Assembly (NCBI GenBank): GCA_041391405.1
Contig: JAWKOB010000002.1
Coordinates: forward strand, 38,082-102,081
Length of the DNA stretch: 64,000 nt
Reading direction: 5' to 3'
DNA from: Bdellovibrionota bacterium
Lineage (GTDB): Bacteria > Bdellovibrionota_G > JALEGL01 > JAGRMV01
The translations under genes and the position numbers were made by a program. The notes below the pieces were generated by a model. The model was not told where the DNA came from, did not search any database, and saw only the letters and a program-made list of their open reading frames with translations. This document shows positions 21,168 to 30,943 of the stretch, in pieces (position 1 is the first letter of the stretch; each line of letters begins with the position of its first letter).

Positions 21168-22346
21168 CTATCTATAGATAAAGATATCTAGTCCGCCGTT
21201 GAACAACTTAACTTCATAGTTGGGCGCATCTTTGCCTGTGTAGATCACATCCACAACAGTTCCGCCGTTGCCTTTGGATATGTTTACCTTTGAGATGGGG
21301 TTGTTGTTCACATTGGTGGAATCAGGAGCTTTGAATTCCTGAATTTCAGCCAGCTCGATTTGAATTCTGTTCGGTGCCGTCTGTTTCGAAATTTTGTTGT
21401 TGGCAAAATTGCCTTTTCCCAACAGAGAAATTTTCAAAAATCCCCCTTGGTCGTCAACTTGAACGGTATCCAGTGAATTTGTGCTGCTGGATTCGACAGG
21501 CGTAGATTCTTCGGCAGATTTTTTGACTGGAGAGGACGCGGCAGGGGTGTTTTGTGCGTTGTTAGCGGTTGGAAGATTGAAACGCTTACCGAATTTTCCA
21601 TCCATGAATGTAAGAATCGGATTGGCTGACAAAACAAGAACGATTACGGCAACGACAAAGCCAAATGCTTTGTAGATGGTCGACATTCTCAAAGGTTTGC
21701 GATCCGCCTTTTTCTTGGATGAGCCCATTTTATCGATTTGAACGTGTCGCGTACTGCCCGATAAGCCTGGATTATTGGCATGGAGGGATTCCTCATCCAT
21801 TGTAGCCACAGCCAATTCCTTGCTGTTGTCGGGACTGGAAAGTTTCATGGAAGGCAGATCTTCTTCCCCGACAATCATGGTTTTGTTCTGTTGGATTGGT
21901 TTTTCTGCTTTTTGAGTTTTTTCGCCTTTGGATGGTTTTTTGGCTTCTTTGGCGGCAGGCTTTTTTTCTTCCGCTTCTTTCTTTTTACGAAGGGACCATT
22001 TGTTCTTTTTCTTCTCTTCTTCTTCGTTTGTATCAACGCGTGCTTCTGCGGAGATTTCCTTGGAGTCATCAATAAAGCGTTGAATTTTTCGTTTGTTTTC
22101 GTCGGATGGATTGGAAAAGGCGATGACCATGCCTTTTTTGCTGGAGGCTTCTTCGGAGATTTTATGGACATATCCTTTGAGCATGATTGGTTCTTGCTCA
22201 TTGAGTTTTAGCTCCAACAACAGTTGCGTGTTGGGTTTGAGCATTTGGCTGGTGTTGACCAAAATGCCCTTGAGGTTCATTTTGGCGACCAAAAGCAGGT
22301 ATTCCTGCCCAGTGTCCACGACGGTAGTTTTGACCTTAGCTCTCAC
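21168..22346 (-). CDS. hypothetical multidomain protein: PilZ-like N-terminus, Lys/Glu-rich linker, one TM helix, C-terminal AMIN-like domain
   Basis: N-terminus resembles a PilZ/YcgR-type beta-barrel without a clear RxxxR. 'KKKNKWSLRKKKEAEEKKPAAKEAKKPSKGEK' low-complexity linker. TM 'IYKAFGFVVAVIVLVLSANPILTF'. Confidence 0.45.
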   Translation of the reverse strand: MRAKVKTTVVDTGQEYLLLVAKMNLKGILVNTSQMLKPNTQLLLELKLNEQEPIMLKGYVHKISEEASSKKGMVIAFSNPSDENKRKIQRFIDDSKEISAEARVDTNEEEEKKKNKWSLRKKKEAEEKKPAAKEAKKPSKGEKTQKAEKPIQQNKTMIVGEEDLPSMKLSSPDNSKELAVATMDEESLHANNPGLSGSTRHVQIDKMGSSKKKADRKPLRMSTIYKAFGFVVAVIVLVLSANPILTFMDGKFGKRFNLPTANNAQNTPAASSPVKKSAEESTPVESSSTNSLDTVQVDDQGGFLKISLLGKGNFANNKISKQTAPNRIQIELAEIQEFKAPDSTNVNNNPISKVNISKGNGGTVVDVIYTGKDAPNYEVKLFNGGLDIFIYR

Positions 22347-22466
22347 AGTCCTCTACTGTAACCGAAACCCACCGGTCCTGATAACAAAAAAATCCGTCCT
22401 AAAGTGCCGCAAACATCCAAACCTGCTTGATTTTACTTGGTGAATTGGAAGTGATACAATGCCCAC

Positions 22467-22661
22467 ATGTTTGGAATCGGCACATCAGAACTATTGATCA
22501 TCCTTTTGCTTGTTTTCGTCCTATTCGGCGGAGGCAAGAAAATACCCGAATTGTTCACAGGACTTGGAAAAGGCATCCGTTCATTCAAGAAAAGCTTGAA
22601 TGAAGATGACGACGAAGAGAAGACAGCGACCAAGCACGAGCAAATCGACAAAAAATCTTAA
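22467..22661 (+). CDS. tatA: twin-arginine translocase subunit TatA/E
   Basis: 'MFGIGTSELLIILLLVFVLFGGGKKIPEL...GKGIRSFKK' plus acidic tail. 64 aa. Confidence 0.85.
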   Translation: MFGIGTSELLIILLLVFVLFGGGKKIPELFTGLGKGIRSFKKSLNEDDDEEKTATKHEQIDKKS

Positions 22662-22672
22662 AAGTCTCCGCG

Positions 22673-23269
22673 TTACTTCAGCGGGACGGTCTTGAGTTCA
22701 AAATACCCCACTTGATTCGATGATATTGGAAAAGTTTCTTCCATTTGAGTGATCTTGCGTGGATAGAATTCTTTTTTGCAGCATGAAAACTGAAACTTAT
22801 CCATCAACTTTTTGTCTTGGGAATAAATGCTCAGGATAAAATCACTGGGCGGCAAAAACTCCCGTTCAAAATTGAAAATCAATCCGCGAACTTTGAAAAA
22901 GTTCTGATTATCTGGCGCATCCAACAATGCGCCGTTGTATTTCACGATTTGCACACCTTCATTGGAGCCAGTGTACCCATAACGGAAAAGCAGGAAGATG
23001 TTCGCTGATTTGATTGGAATACCCAATACCCATAAACCAAAAGTGAAGCCGGCGATTGAAATGGCGGCGATTACCAAAGCTTGGCCGGCACGACCCGCAA
23101 GATTCATTTTGTAACCAAACCATGGGCGTTTGCGGAGTTTCTTGGTGGTTTTCAAGTGTTTGGAAGACGAGAAATCCGCGACCTCCATGGAAGCATCCAG
23201 AAAAGACAAGTCTCTTTCCGCCTGGCTTGGAATCGGCTGTAAAGTATCGTACTCTTTCGATGAAGACAT
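22673..23269 (-). CDS. hypothetical membrane protein
   Basis: One predicted TM ('ALVIAAISIAGFTFGLWVLGI'). No recognisable domain. Confidence 0.4.
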   Translation of the reverse strand: MSSSKEYDTLQPIPSQAERDLSFLDASMEVADFSSSKHLKTTKKLRKRPWFGYKMNLAGRAGQALVIAAISIAGFTFGLWVLGIPIKSANIFLLFRYGYTGSNEGVQIVKYNGALLDAPDNQNFFKVRGLIFNFEREFLPPSDFILSIYSQDKKLMDKFQFSCCKKEFYPRKITQMEETFPISSNQVGYFELKTVPLK

Positions 23270-23364
23270 GTTAGGTTATTGTAGCTTATTTCAAGGGAAA
23301 CTGAAAAAATGCGACGCAAGACACGTAAGAAAAAACAGCCAAAGATGTCGCCTCAGAAGGGCTT

Positions 23365-23919
23365 TTGCCGACGTTCCATAAATCATTGAAGAAAATTTCA
23401 AGCCTTATGGGGGTCACGGTTCCCCCAAAGCCACGATTGATCTTGAATGCTTTTGATCTGGAAGACAGGAAAGTCATTCACGCCATCAAGAATGAAAAAA
23501 TCAGGAAGTTTCTCAAAAGAAGAATACGTCAAAATGAGAGTGCGGTTGTGCCGAAAGGAAGAATCGTTCTTCTGTCGACCAACGAAAGTTCTCACATCGC
23601 GGAAGAGGCCGCACATTATTTGCGTACGGCCAAAATGGGTGATTTGGAATTTGGTTTCTCGATGTCAGTCATCGAAGAGGCCCTTGCCTTTTTCGCCAGT
23701 TTGCTTTTGTTTCCCACACGCAAGATTCCCACCTTGAAGAAAAACCATAAAAAATGGGATGAATTGCATGCCAATGGGTATTCGCTTGGATTGAAGCTTT
23801 GGAAAATTTGGACCAAATCCAGAAAATCCAGACCAATGATTCGAAGATTGTGGAAGCTTCATCCAAGAAATGAATTTGAAGCGGGGATGATGCTTCAAGT
23901 GATGATGGATTTGAAATGA
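23365..23919 (+). CDS. hypothetical protein
   Basis: ORF only. Stop overlaps the start of the downstream CPBP protease (ATGA). Confidence 0.35.
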   Translation: MPTFHKSLKKISSLMGVTVPPKPRLILNAFDLEDRKVIHAIKNEKIRKFLKRRIRQNESAVVPKGRIVLLSTNESSHIAEEAAHYLRTAKMGDLEFGFSMSVIEEALAFFASLLLFPTRKIPTLKKNHKKWDELHANGYSLGLKLWKIWTKSRKSRPMIRRLWKLHPRNEFEAGMMLQVMMDLK

Positions 23920-24473
23920 AGCGAAAAATCAATCTGCACATGTTCGCGATGATTTACTTTCTTTTGTTTTTCATCGCCATGGCGTTCAACGACCATAGCC
24001 CGTTCATGAAGTTTCCCAAATTCGATGAAACATTCGGGTCGGTGATGCTCATCGACACAATAATTTCGATCGGTATTGGGCTTTTGATTGTGATGATTTC
24101 ATGGGGAGTTGCGAGGGTATCCAGTTCATTCAAAAATTTGGTTCAATCATTTAAAGATTTGCTCGGGCCGCTGACATTTTCTGAAATTTTTTTCATCGCC
24201 GCGTTTTCTTCGATTTCTGAAGAGTTTTTTCAGGGGATTGCTGCAGGAAAAGATCGGCCTTGTGTTTTCAGCGATGATTTTTGAATGCTGCATTCAGGTC
24301 CAGGAAGAAAATATTTACCCTGGACAATTTTTGCTGTCGTGATGGGATTTGTATTGGGGATGACGTATCAGTGGCGCGAAAATCTACTCGTTCCAGTCAT
24401 TATCCATTTTGTGGTCAATCTTCTGAATTTGATGATGATGCAGAAAAACGAATCAAAGCCGGAAGAAAGTTAA
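23916..24473 (+). CDS. CPBP-family (CAAX) intramembrane metalloprotease, at least 2 frameshifts in this assembly
   Basis: Motif 1 'SEEFF(F/Q)G'. Restoring one G in TTTTTGAATG (about 24284) gives 'LVFSAMIFGMLHSGPG' (FxxxH motif). Motif 3 'HFVVNLLN' in ORF 24285..24473. Confidence 0.6.
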
Positions 24474-25567
24474 GCGCCTGCGTTTGTAAAGTCGTGATCC
24501 AGGCGGTTTGAATCCATGCAGATTGGGCAGTCTTTCGACAAGCCCGAAAATCCCTCATGGCAGCGTGGACATGTGAATCCTTGTTGATGTGGAAACGAGG
24601 AGACGAATTGGTCAATTGAGCCGATGATCGCGTCCATATTTTTTTCTCGAGTATGAAGATGGACAAGCTCTTTGAGGGATTGAATGGCAAAGGGGCAAAT
24701 TTCCAACGCGCGCTGAAACTCTTGAATTGCATCGTCGATTTTTCGAATTTTCACCAGATATTTTCCAAGCGCGTGATGTGCGTAAAAATTTTGAGGATTT
24801 TTTTGAATGCACTTGCTGAGCGAGTACGAATATTTCGGATATTGATTCATTTCGTAGTAAAGATTTTCGATTTTCTTCAGCGCAAACAAAGTGGAATTCG
24901 GCCATTTTTCAATGAACTCCTCCAGAATTTCAATGGCCTCCTTGCGTTTGTTGTCGAGTGCAAGAATTTTCGCTTTGGCCAAAAAAGCCATGGAAGAATT
25001 CGGATCGTTTTCAAAGGCTTGTTCGATGAGTTTTCTCGCGATCGAAAGATGGTGCTCGCTGGCTTTCTTCAAGGCGATTTCACTCAGAAGTATGGAGAGG
25101 TCCTTTTTCCGTTCCGGATAATTTTTCGAGATGGTTCGAAGCGTATCCGCAGCTTTTTCAATGTTATGGGTCTGGCGATAGGCTTGATAAAGTCCCTCTA
25201 GAACATACAAGGAGTCTTTGTTGAGTTTGAGTGATTGGAGAAAGTAGTTTTCTCCATGGTCTTTTGTTTTTGACAGAAGATAGTCGTAGCCAAGTTCTCC
25301 GTATATGCGTGCTTGTTGATCGCGACGAAGATCATCACGCACCAAAACGTTTCGATGAAGCAAGAAAGCTTTTTGGTATTCTCCCTTTTTCCGGAAGCAG
25401 CGACCCAATTCGATGTATTCATCGATCAAGTGGGTATTTTCACGCACTTTTTTCGTGAGATGCAAAATGGCATCATCAATGTCCAAAAGATCCTGATTGT
25501 TCAGTGAAGTTTTTTCAGAAACATGTGCGGGAAGATTTGATGTTTTTTCATACACGGACGGTAACAT
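24470..25567 (-). CDS. lapB: LapB/YciM-like TPR protein with C-terminal rubredoxin-type zinc ribbon
   Basis: TPR repeats and C-terminal 'CPRCHEGFSGLSKDCPICMD'. Immediately downstream of the lapA-like gene. Confidence 0.75.
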   Translation of the reverse strand: MLPSVYEKTSNLPAHVSEKTSLNNQDLLDIDDAILHLTKKVRENTHLIDEYIELGRCFRKKGEYQKAFLLHRNVLVRDDLRRDQQARIYGELGYDYLLSKTKDHGENYFLQSLKLNKDSLYVLEGLYQAYRQTHNIEKAADTLRTISKNYPERKKDLSILLSEIALKKASEHHLSIARKLIEQAFENDPNSSMAFLAKAKILALDNKRKEAIEILEEFIEKWPNSTLFALKKIENLYYEMNQYPKYSYSLSKCIQKNPQNFYAHHALGKYLVKIRKIDDAIQEFQRALEICPFAIQSLKELVHLHTREKNMDAIIGSIDQFVSSFPHQQGFTCPRCHEGFSGLSKDCPICMDSNRLDHDFTNAGA

Positions 25568-25578
25568 CGCTTTCCTTC

Positions 25579-25962
25579 CTACGGCGATTGAAGATAATGA
25601 GGTGGCGCCGTGACTTCTTCTTCCTCGACAAGCTTGGCAACTTCTACAGATTTGTTTTGAGGGACTTCATCCAGTGGCTGATTGCGAAGTTGTTGCAATT
25701 CGCGCTCATATTTTTTCACCAGTTTTTGAGAAGACATCTTGGAAGCTTTCATCTTGATCATGCCAAGTGCACACAAAAGACCCGCAAAGACCATTCCCAA
25801 AAAAAATGTGATCATGATGTACCCGGAAATCGGGAACATCGGAGTTGAATAATTGAACAAATGAAGCTGTGTTTGCGCTGCATTTTGCAGCGAAAAAACC
25901 ACGAAAATCACCGCGATACCCACGGCAATGGCCGAAAAGAAGAAGTATTTGAATGCTTTCAT
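25579..25962 (-). CDS. lapA: LapA/YciS-like (DUF1049) inner-membrane protein
   Basis: Two TM helices then basic/coiled tail. Position upstream of lapB. Confidence 0.65.
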   Translation of the reverse strand: MKAFKYFFFSAIAVGIAVIFVVFSLQNAAQTQLHLFNYSTPMFPISGYIMITFFLGMVFAGLLCALGMIKMKASKMSSQKLVKKYERELQQLRNQPLDEVPQNKSVEVAKLVEEEEVTAPPHYLQSP

Positions 25963-26010
25963 AGTCGGACTCTACACCCAGAATTTTGGAATGGCAACGG
26001 CTAGATTGGC

Positions 26011-27540
26011 ATGGACGATGCAAAAAGAATCCAGATGATTTCAAAGATAATGAGTTGCACAATTTCAGGGTTTTTTCCTCAACTCGTGCACGTTGAGGTT
26101 TCCATTCAAAAAGGATTGCCCAAGTTTGAGGTGGTTGGTTTGGGTCAAAGTGCAGTCAAGGAGGGACGTGATCGCATCATGACGGCGATCAAATCATCGG
26201 GGTACTCCCTGGAAGCCAAACGTATCATCGCTAATCTGGCTCCGGCCAGTTTGCGCAAAGATGGCTCCAGTCTTGATCTTCCCATCGCCCTGGGCGTTTT
26301 GGCGGGCAATGATTTTTTGGATTCAATGCTTTTGGAAGGTGTTGTTGTTGCGGGTGAACTTTCGTTGGATGGAACCATCCAGCCGATCCGCGGAATTTTC
26401 GCCATGGTGGAAGAGCTTCGTAAGTTCGGAATCAAACGCTTCATCTTGCCCATTGAAAACACAGCTGAATGCGATTTGTTTCGGGAAGTGGAGATTCATC
26501 CAGCTGAGAATCTTGAGCAGGTGGTTGAATGTCTGAAGCAAATGCGAACTTGGCCAGATCGAAAATCGGTCGATCGAATCAGAAATTCGGCCGTTGAGGA
26601 TTGGTCCGATGTCAAAGGTCAGCCTCTGGCCAAACGGGCCATGGAAATCGCGGCTGCTGGAGCGCACCATGCGCTTCTCGCGGGAACGCCTGGTGTAGGT
26701 AAAACGCTTTTGGCGAAGCGGTTCCCTACCATTTTGCCGGAATTGTCACTTCAACAGGAATTGGAGGTGCGAAAAATCCAAAGTCTGGAAGATCCATTCA
26801 ACAATCAAAAAGTCATCGATCGACCTTTCCGCAATCCCCACCATCATGCAAGTGCAGCTGGAATTGTCGGTGGTGGAAGAAATTTTCGCATGGGTGAGTT
26901 TTCACTCGCGCATCATGGTGTTTTGTTCATGGATGAGTTTCCTGAGTTTCGAAAAGACGTCATCGAATCTTTGCGTGAGCCTTTGGAAGAGGGAGTGGTT
27001 CGCGTATCCAGAGCGGAAGGGTCGTTTGTCTGTCCGGCGAAATTTCAATTGATTGCGGCGATGAATCTCTGTCCTTGCGGCGCGCTTGGCGATGAAAAGA
27101 AAACCTGTGTGTGTACCCCGTATGCGATCCAAAAATACAAAAATAAACTTTCGGGCCCAATTCAGGACCGTTTGGATTTGTACATTGAAGTGAAGAACAC
27201 ACATTGGAAAATTCTTTGGGAGGATTCGGATACCGAAACCAGCGACAAGGTGCGCAGCCGTGTCCAAGAGGTTCGGGAAAGGCAGGCCAAGAGATACGGG
27301 GATTCGCATTTGAACAATGGGAACATTCCGCAAAAAATTCTGCTCGATTTGATCAAGTTGGATGGGCGGACGCAAGGTTTGGTGGATGAGTTCGTGCGAA
27401 AAGAGGGGTTGTCGCTTCGTGCGCTGGGTAAAATTTTACGCGTCTCTCGAACCATTGCGGATATGGGTGGTGCTGAAGACATTGGATTCGAGCATGTCTG
27501 TGAAGCTCTCCAATATCGCATCAAAATCGAAAAATATTAG
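26011..27540 (+). CDS. comM: YifB/ComM family Mg-chelatase-like AAA+ ATPase
   Basis: N-terminal Lon-like domain 'SGFFPQLVHVEVSIQKGLPKFEVVGL', Walker A 'GTPGVGKT', C-terminal zinc ribbon. 509 aa. Confidence 0.9.
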   Translation: MDDAKRIQMISKIMSCTISGFFPQLVHVEVSIQKGLPKFEVVGLGQSAVKEGRDRIMTAIKSSGYSLEAKRIIANLAPASLRKDGSSLDLPIALGVLAGNDFLDSMLLEGVVVAGELSLDGTIQPIRGIFAMVEELRKFGIKRFILPIENTAECDLFREVEIHPAENLEQVVECLKQMRTWPDRKSVDRIRNSAVEDWSDVKGQPLAKRAMEIAAAGAHHALLAGTPGVGKTLLAKRFPTILPELSLQQELEVRKIQSLEDPFNNQKVIDRPFRNPHHHASAAGIVGGGRNFRMGEFSLAHHGVLFMDEFPEFRKDVIESLREPLEEGVVRVSRAEGSFVCPAKFQLIAAMNLCPCGALGDEKKTCVCTPYAIQKYKNKLSGPIQDRLDLYIEVKNTHWKILWEDSDTETSDKVRSRVQEVRERQAKRYGDSHLNNGNIPQKILLDLIKLDGRTQGLVDEFVRKEGLSLRALGKILRVSRTIADMGGAEDIGFEHVCEALQYRIKIEKY

Positions 27541-27550
27541 ATAGTTAGAT

Positions 27551-28033
27551 TTGATCGATTCATTTGTGGACGATCTTGGCAGAGCCATTGCCATCGAACC
27601 CAACCTGTGGCATAAAGCGCCCATGGAACTCGAATACGATCACGATCAGACAGTCAAAAACGTAGCGCTTCGCCTCGAATCCGACGCGAAATATGCACTC
27701 GTTAAATATTTTATTTTTTCAAACGACACCAAAACTGATTTGGTTGGTCCATACTATCCTGACATCACCAGTCTGCGCCGTGAAGGTAAAACCAAGTTGA
27801 TGATTGAGGTTGTCACCCCGTATTCGTTCGAAGATTCAGACGAGATTCGTCGTTTGGAAAGTCTGTATATGTTCTGCCAGTCCAACAACTGGGAATTTTA
27901 CATGGTTGTTCCGGATGAAAAGACTCGTAAACTCACTCAGGATAAAATTTCTTCCCGCAACATCAAGCCACGTGAAATTTGGTTGGAATCTGAAGTTCCA
28001 TTCGCAGCTTTCACGCCAAAGTCTGCAGAGTAA
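27551..28033 (+). CDS. hypothetical protein
   Basis: ORF 10 nt after the comM stop. No recognisable motif. Confidence 0.4.
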   Translation: MIDSFVDDLGRAIAIEPNLWHKAPMELEYDHDQTVKNVALRLESDAKYALVKYFIFSNDTKTDLVGPYYPDITSLRREGKTKLMIEVVTPYSFEDSDEIRRLESLYMFCQSNNWEFYMVVPDEKTRKLTQDKISSRNIKPREIWLESEVPFAAFTPKSAE

Positions 28034-29501
28034 TCATCTGTACCGGAATTTCTTTTCCACATACGACGATAGTCGAACGAACGGTAAACCTAGCAGTAGA
28101 TAAAAGATGGCGACGAGAACGCCCGTGCCCAAAAAGTCATAGTAGGTCGAGGCCAACTGACCATACAGCTTAGTAAGTTCAGCCATGGTGATGACCGAAA
28201 CCAAGGATGAATCTTTGAGAAGTGAAATGAAATCATTGGTGATGGGTGGAAGCACGATTCTTGTGGCTTGAGGAATCACCACATAACGAAGGCTGTGACG
28301 TTTGGTGAAACCTAAGGCCGTTGCGGCTTCGACTTGCGCTCGTGGAATGGCCTGGATTCCAGCGCGATAATTTTCGGCTTCATAGGCGGCATAGTTCAAT
28401 CCCAAACCAAGCACGGCAGCGACAAATGGCGAGAAGGTGATGCCGATGTGGGGAAGTGCGTAAAAAATAAAAAACAATTGAATGAGCAGCGGTGTTCCGC
28501 GCACAATTTCAATGTAAAGAATCGAAAGCCAGGCGATGGGTTTGGGGGCATACACGCGCATCAACGCAAGGATCAAACCAAAGGTCACAGCCAGCAGCAT
28601 CGAGGCCAGGGAAATTTTCAGCGTGGTCCACGCTGCCTTGGTCATCAAAGGTAGGAAACTTTTGTAAAGCTTGAGTTTGGCTTGCCAACCGGAATGCTTG
28701 CCGCTGTTTTCCAAAAAGTATTCAAACTGTGAAGGGGGAACGCGAGAGGGTGCCGGATCGTTGAAGAAGCTGGCCATGGTTGGCGTCCATAAATTCCAGC
28801 GATCGTAAATTTCACGAAACTCACCCGACTTGATGATGTCCTTGATGGCGCGGTTGATTTCTTGCTGAAGCTTGCGATTGCCATTTTTGATTCCGATGCC
28901 GTAGATGATTTGTCCAACCGGAGTCCCGACCATCTTGAAAGCTGGGTCTCCATGGGCATAATATTGAGCGATGGGATCATCCAATAAAACTGCTTCGGTC
29001 CGTCCAAGTTTCAAGTCTTGATAAGCGTTGGTCTCCGCCTCATAGCCAAGTGCCTCGATTCCTTCTTGATGCAGAATGCGTTCAGCCAGTGAACCACGAA
29101 GCGTCCCGACTTTTTTTCCGACCAAGTCGGAAAGTTTTTCAACACTCGTATCGTCTTTTCGAACTGTGAGCTGTTCAAAGGTTACATAATAAGGATCAGA
29201 AAATAGAATTTCACGTTTGCGGTCTTCGGTGACTTCAATGCCGTTGATGATGACATCATATTGGTTGCGCTGAAGTCCCAAAACCAAACCTTCCCATGTA
29301 TTTTGGACAAACACAGGTTCACGATTGAGTTTTGGGCGATTTTTTGAATGATGTCGAATTCAAAACCCATCAAGCGATTGGGGTTTCGCGGATCTTGAAA
29401 TACATATGGAGCGCCACTTTCGGTATCTGCTGCCCAGCGAAGTGGTTCTTTGGCCTGAGCAGAGGAGACCAGCAGAAAAAGAATAAGAAAAATTTTTTCA
29501 C
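28034..29501 (-). CDS. amino-acid ABC transporter, fused periplasmic substrate-binding (SBP type 3) plus permease protein; at least 2 frameshifts near the N-terminus
   Basis: SBP region 'TWEGLVLGLQRNQYDVIINGIEVTEDRKREILFSDPYY', permease with 'EAA'-like loop. Signal peptide 'KKIFLILFLLVSSAQA' and 'KEPLRWAADTESGAPYVFQDP' readable only in other frames. GTG start near 29499-29501. Confidence 0.75.
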
Positions 29502-29511
29502 TGAAATTTAC

Positions 29512-30265
29512 CTATGTATTGACGTGTACGTTCATCGTTGGGGTGATCAAAAATTTGGTCTGAGGGCCACATTCCACGATCACACCCTCATCAATGAATA
29601 CGACAAGGTCGCTGGCCTCGCGTGCAAAACGCATTTCGTGGGTGACCACCAATTGGGTAAGGTCAGCTTCGCGATCGAGGGTTTTCATGACTTGTAATAC
29701 CTCGCCGACAAGTTCTGGATCGAGCGCGCTGGTGGGTTCATCATACAACATGATCTTGGTTCGAGCGTGAGTGCGCGTGCAATGGCTCCACGCTGCTGCT
29801 GTCCACCGGAAAGTTGACTTGAAATTTGTGCTTGTGGGAAGTCAGTCCCACCAGCTCGAGGTATTTTTCGGCATTGGCAATCGAGTTTTCTTTGGATTGG
29901 TAGCCAAGAACTTGCGGAGCAAGGCTGACATTGTCCAAAAGATTCAAGTGTGGAAAAAGTTGAAAGTGCTGAAACACCATGCCGGCGTACTTACGAATTT
30001 GTCTGGCAGTGGCTTCGAATTCTTTGTGGCTGAACGGGGTGCCACTGCGTTCAAGATGAAGCGGACCCATGGAAATTTTTCCCTCATCCAGAATTTCCAA
30101 TCCATTGAGGCATCGAAGCATCGTGGATTTTCCGCAACCTGAACGCCCGATGAAACACACCAGATGTCCTTGGGGAATTTCAATGTCGATGCCTTTGAGA
30201 ACCTCATGATCGCCAAAGCTTTTTTTCAAACCAGAAATTTGTACGGAGGCTTGAGTGGAATTCAT
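29512..30265 (-). CDS. amino-acid ABC transporter ATP-binding protein (GlnQ-like), one frameshift near 29745-29760
   Basis: Walker A 'GRSGCGKST', Q-loop, then frame loss before the ABC signature. C-terminal ORF has Walker B 'MLYDEPTSALD' and H-loop 'VVTHEM'. Confidence 0.8.
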
Positions 30266-30269
30266 TTCG

Positions 30270-30866
30270 CTACATGGAGGTTTTTACGCCGATACATTGA
30301 ACACGATATTCTCCGTCTTTCATCTGGCGTTCGTCATAGGTAAGAATTTTCAAACCGGAGAGTTCGCGAAGGACTTCGTTGCTTCCGAAGCATTCTTTGA
30401 ATTCAGGTTTGAAGCCCTTGCCATGGGTGATTTGTTCTTTGGTGTAGCCCTCGATCAATAATGTTCCACCGACACTCAGGCCGCGAACCAGATTTTTGAA
30501 AATGGATTGATGGGGGTGAAAGTTGGAAACGACGATCGTGTCGTATTTCATCAATGGAATCAGGAAAAAATCCAAGCTTTGATTTTTGATGTCGAGTTTG
30601 ACGTTGTGATCGTACGCGAGATCTTTCGCACGATCGCAAGCTGTCGGGGAAAAATCGATGCCTGTGACATTGAAACCATTTTTGGCAAGATATACCGCGT
30701 TTCGTCCCTCGCCCATGGCCAAATCCAGGGTTTCTCCCTTTTTCAAAAGCTTGATATGGTCAGCCAAAAAAGCAGAAGGTTCTTTGCTGTAAAGATACTC
30801 CGTCTTTACATTGTATCGCTGCTCCCACCATTCTTTGGAGTCGATGTCGTTGGAATCCATATCCAA
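30270..30866 (-). CDS. class I SAM-dependent methyltransferase (TehB-like)
   Basis: 'LDLAMGEGRNAVYLAKNGFNVTGIDFS' SAM-binding motif I. 198 aa. Confidence 0.7.
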   Translation of the reverse strand: MDMDSNDIDSKEWWEQRYNVKTEYLYSKEPSAFLADHIKLLKKGETLDLAMGEGRNAVYLAKNGFNVTGIDFSPTACDRAKDLAYDHNVKLDIKNQSLDFFLIPLMKYDTIVVSNFHPHQSIFKNLVRGLSVGGTLLIEGYTKEQITHGKGFKPEFKECFGSNEVLRELSGLKILTYDERQMKDGEYRVQCIGVKTSM

Positions 30867-30943
30867 GCCATATCACAGATTAAATTCTTGCTACAAAAAT
30901 AACCAAGGTCTGTCTTTTTAAGTTTTGAGCCATATTTGGTACA

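Noticed and set aside
22664-22684. Weak hairpin after tatA as a terminator
   Set aside because: Only a 4-bp CCGC/GCGG stem with 9-nt loop and no U-tract. Too weak to call.
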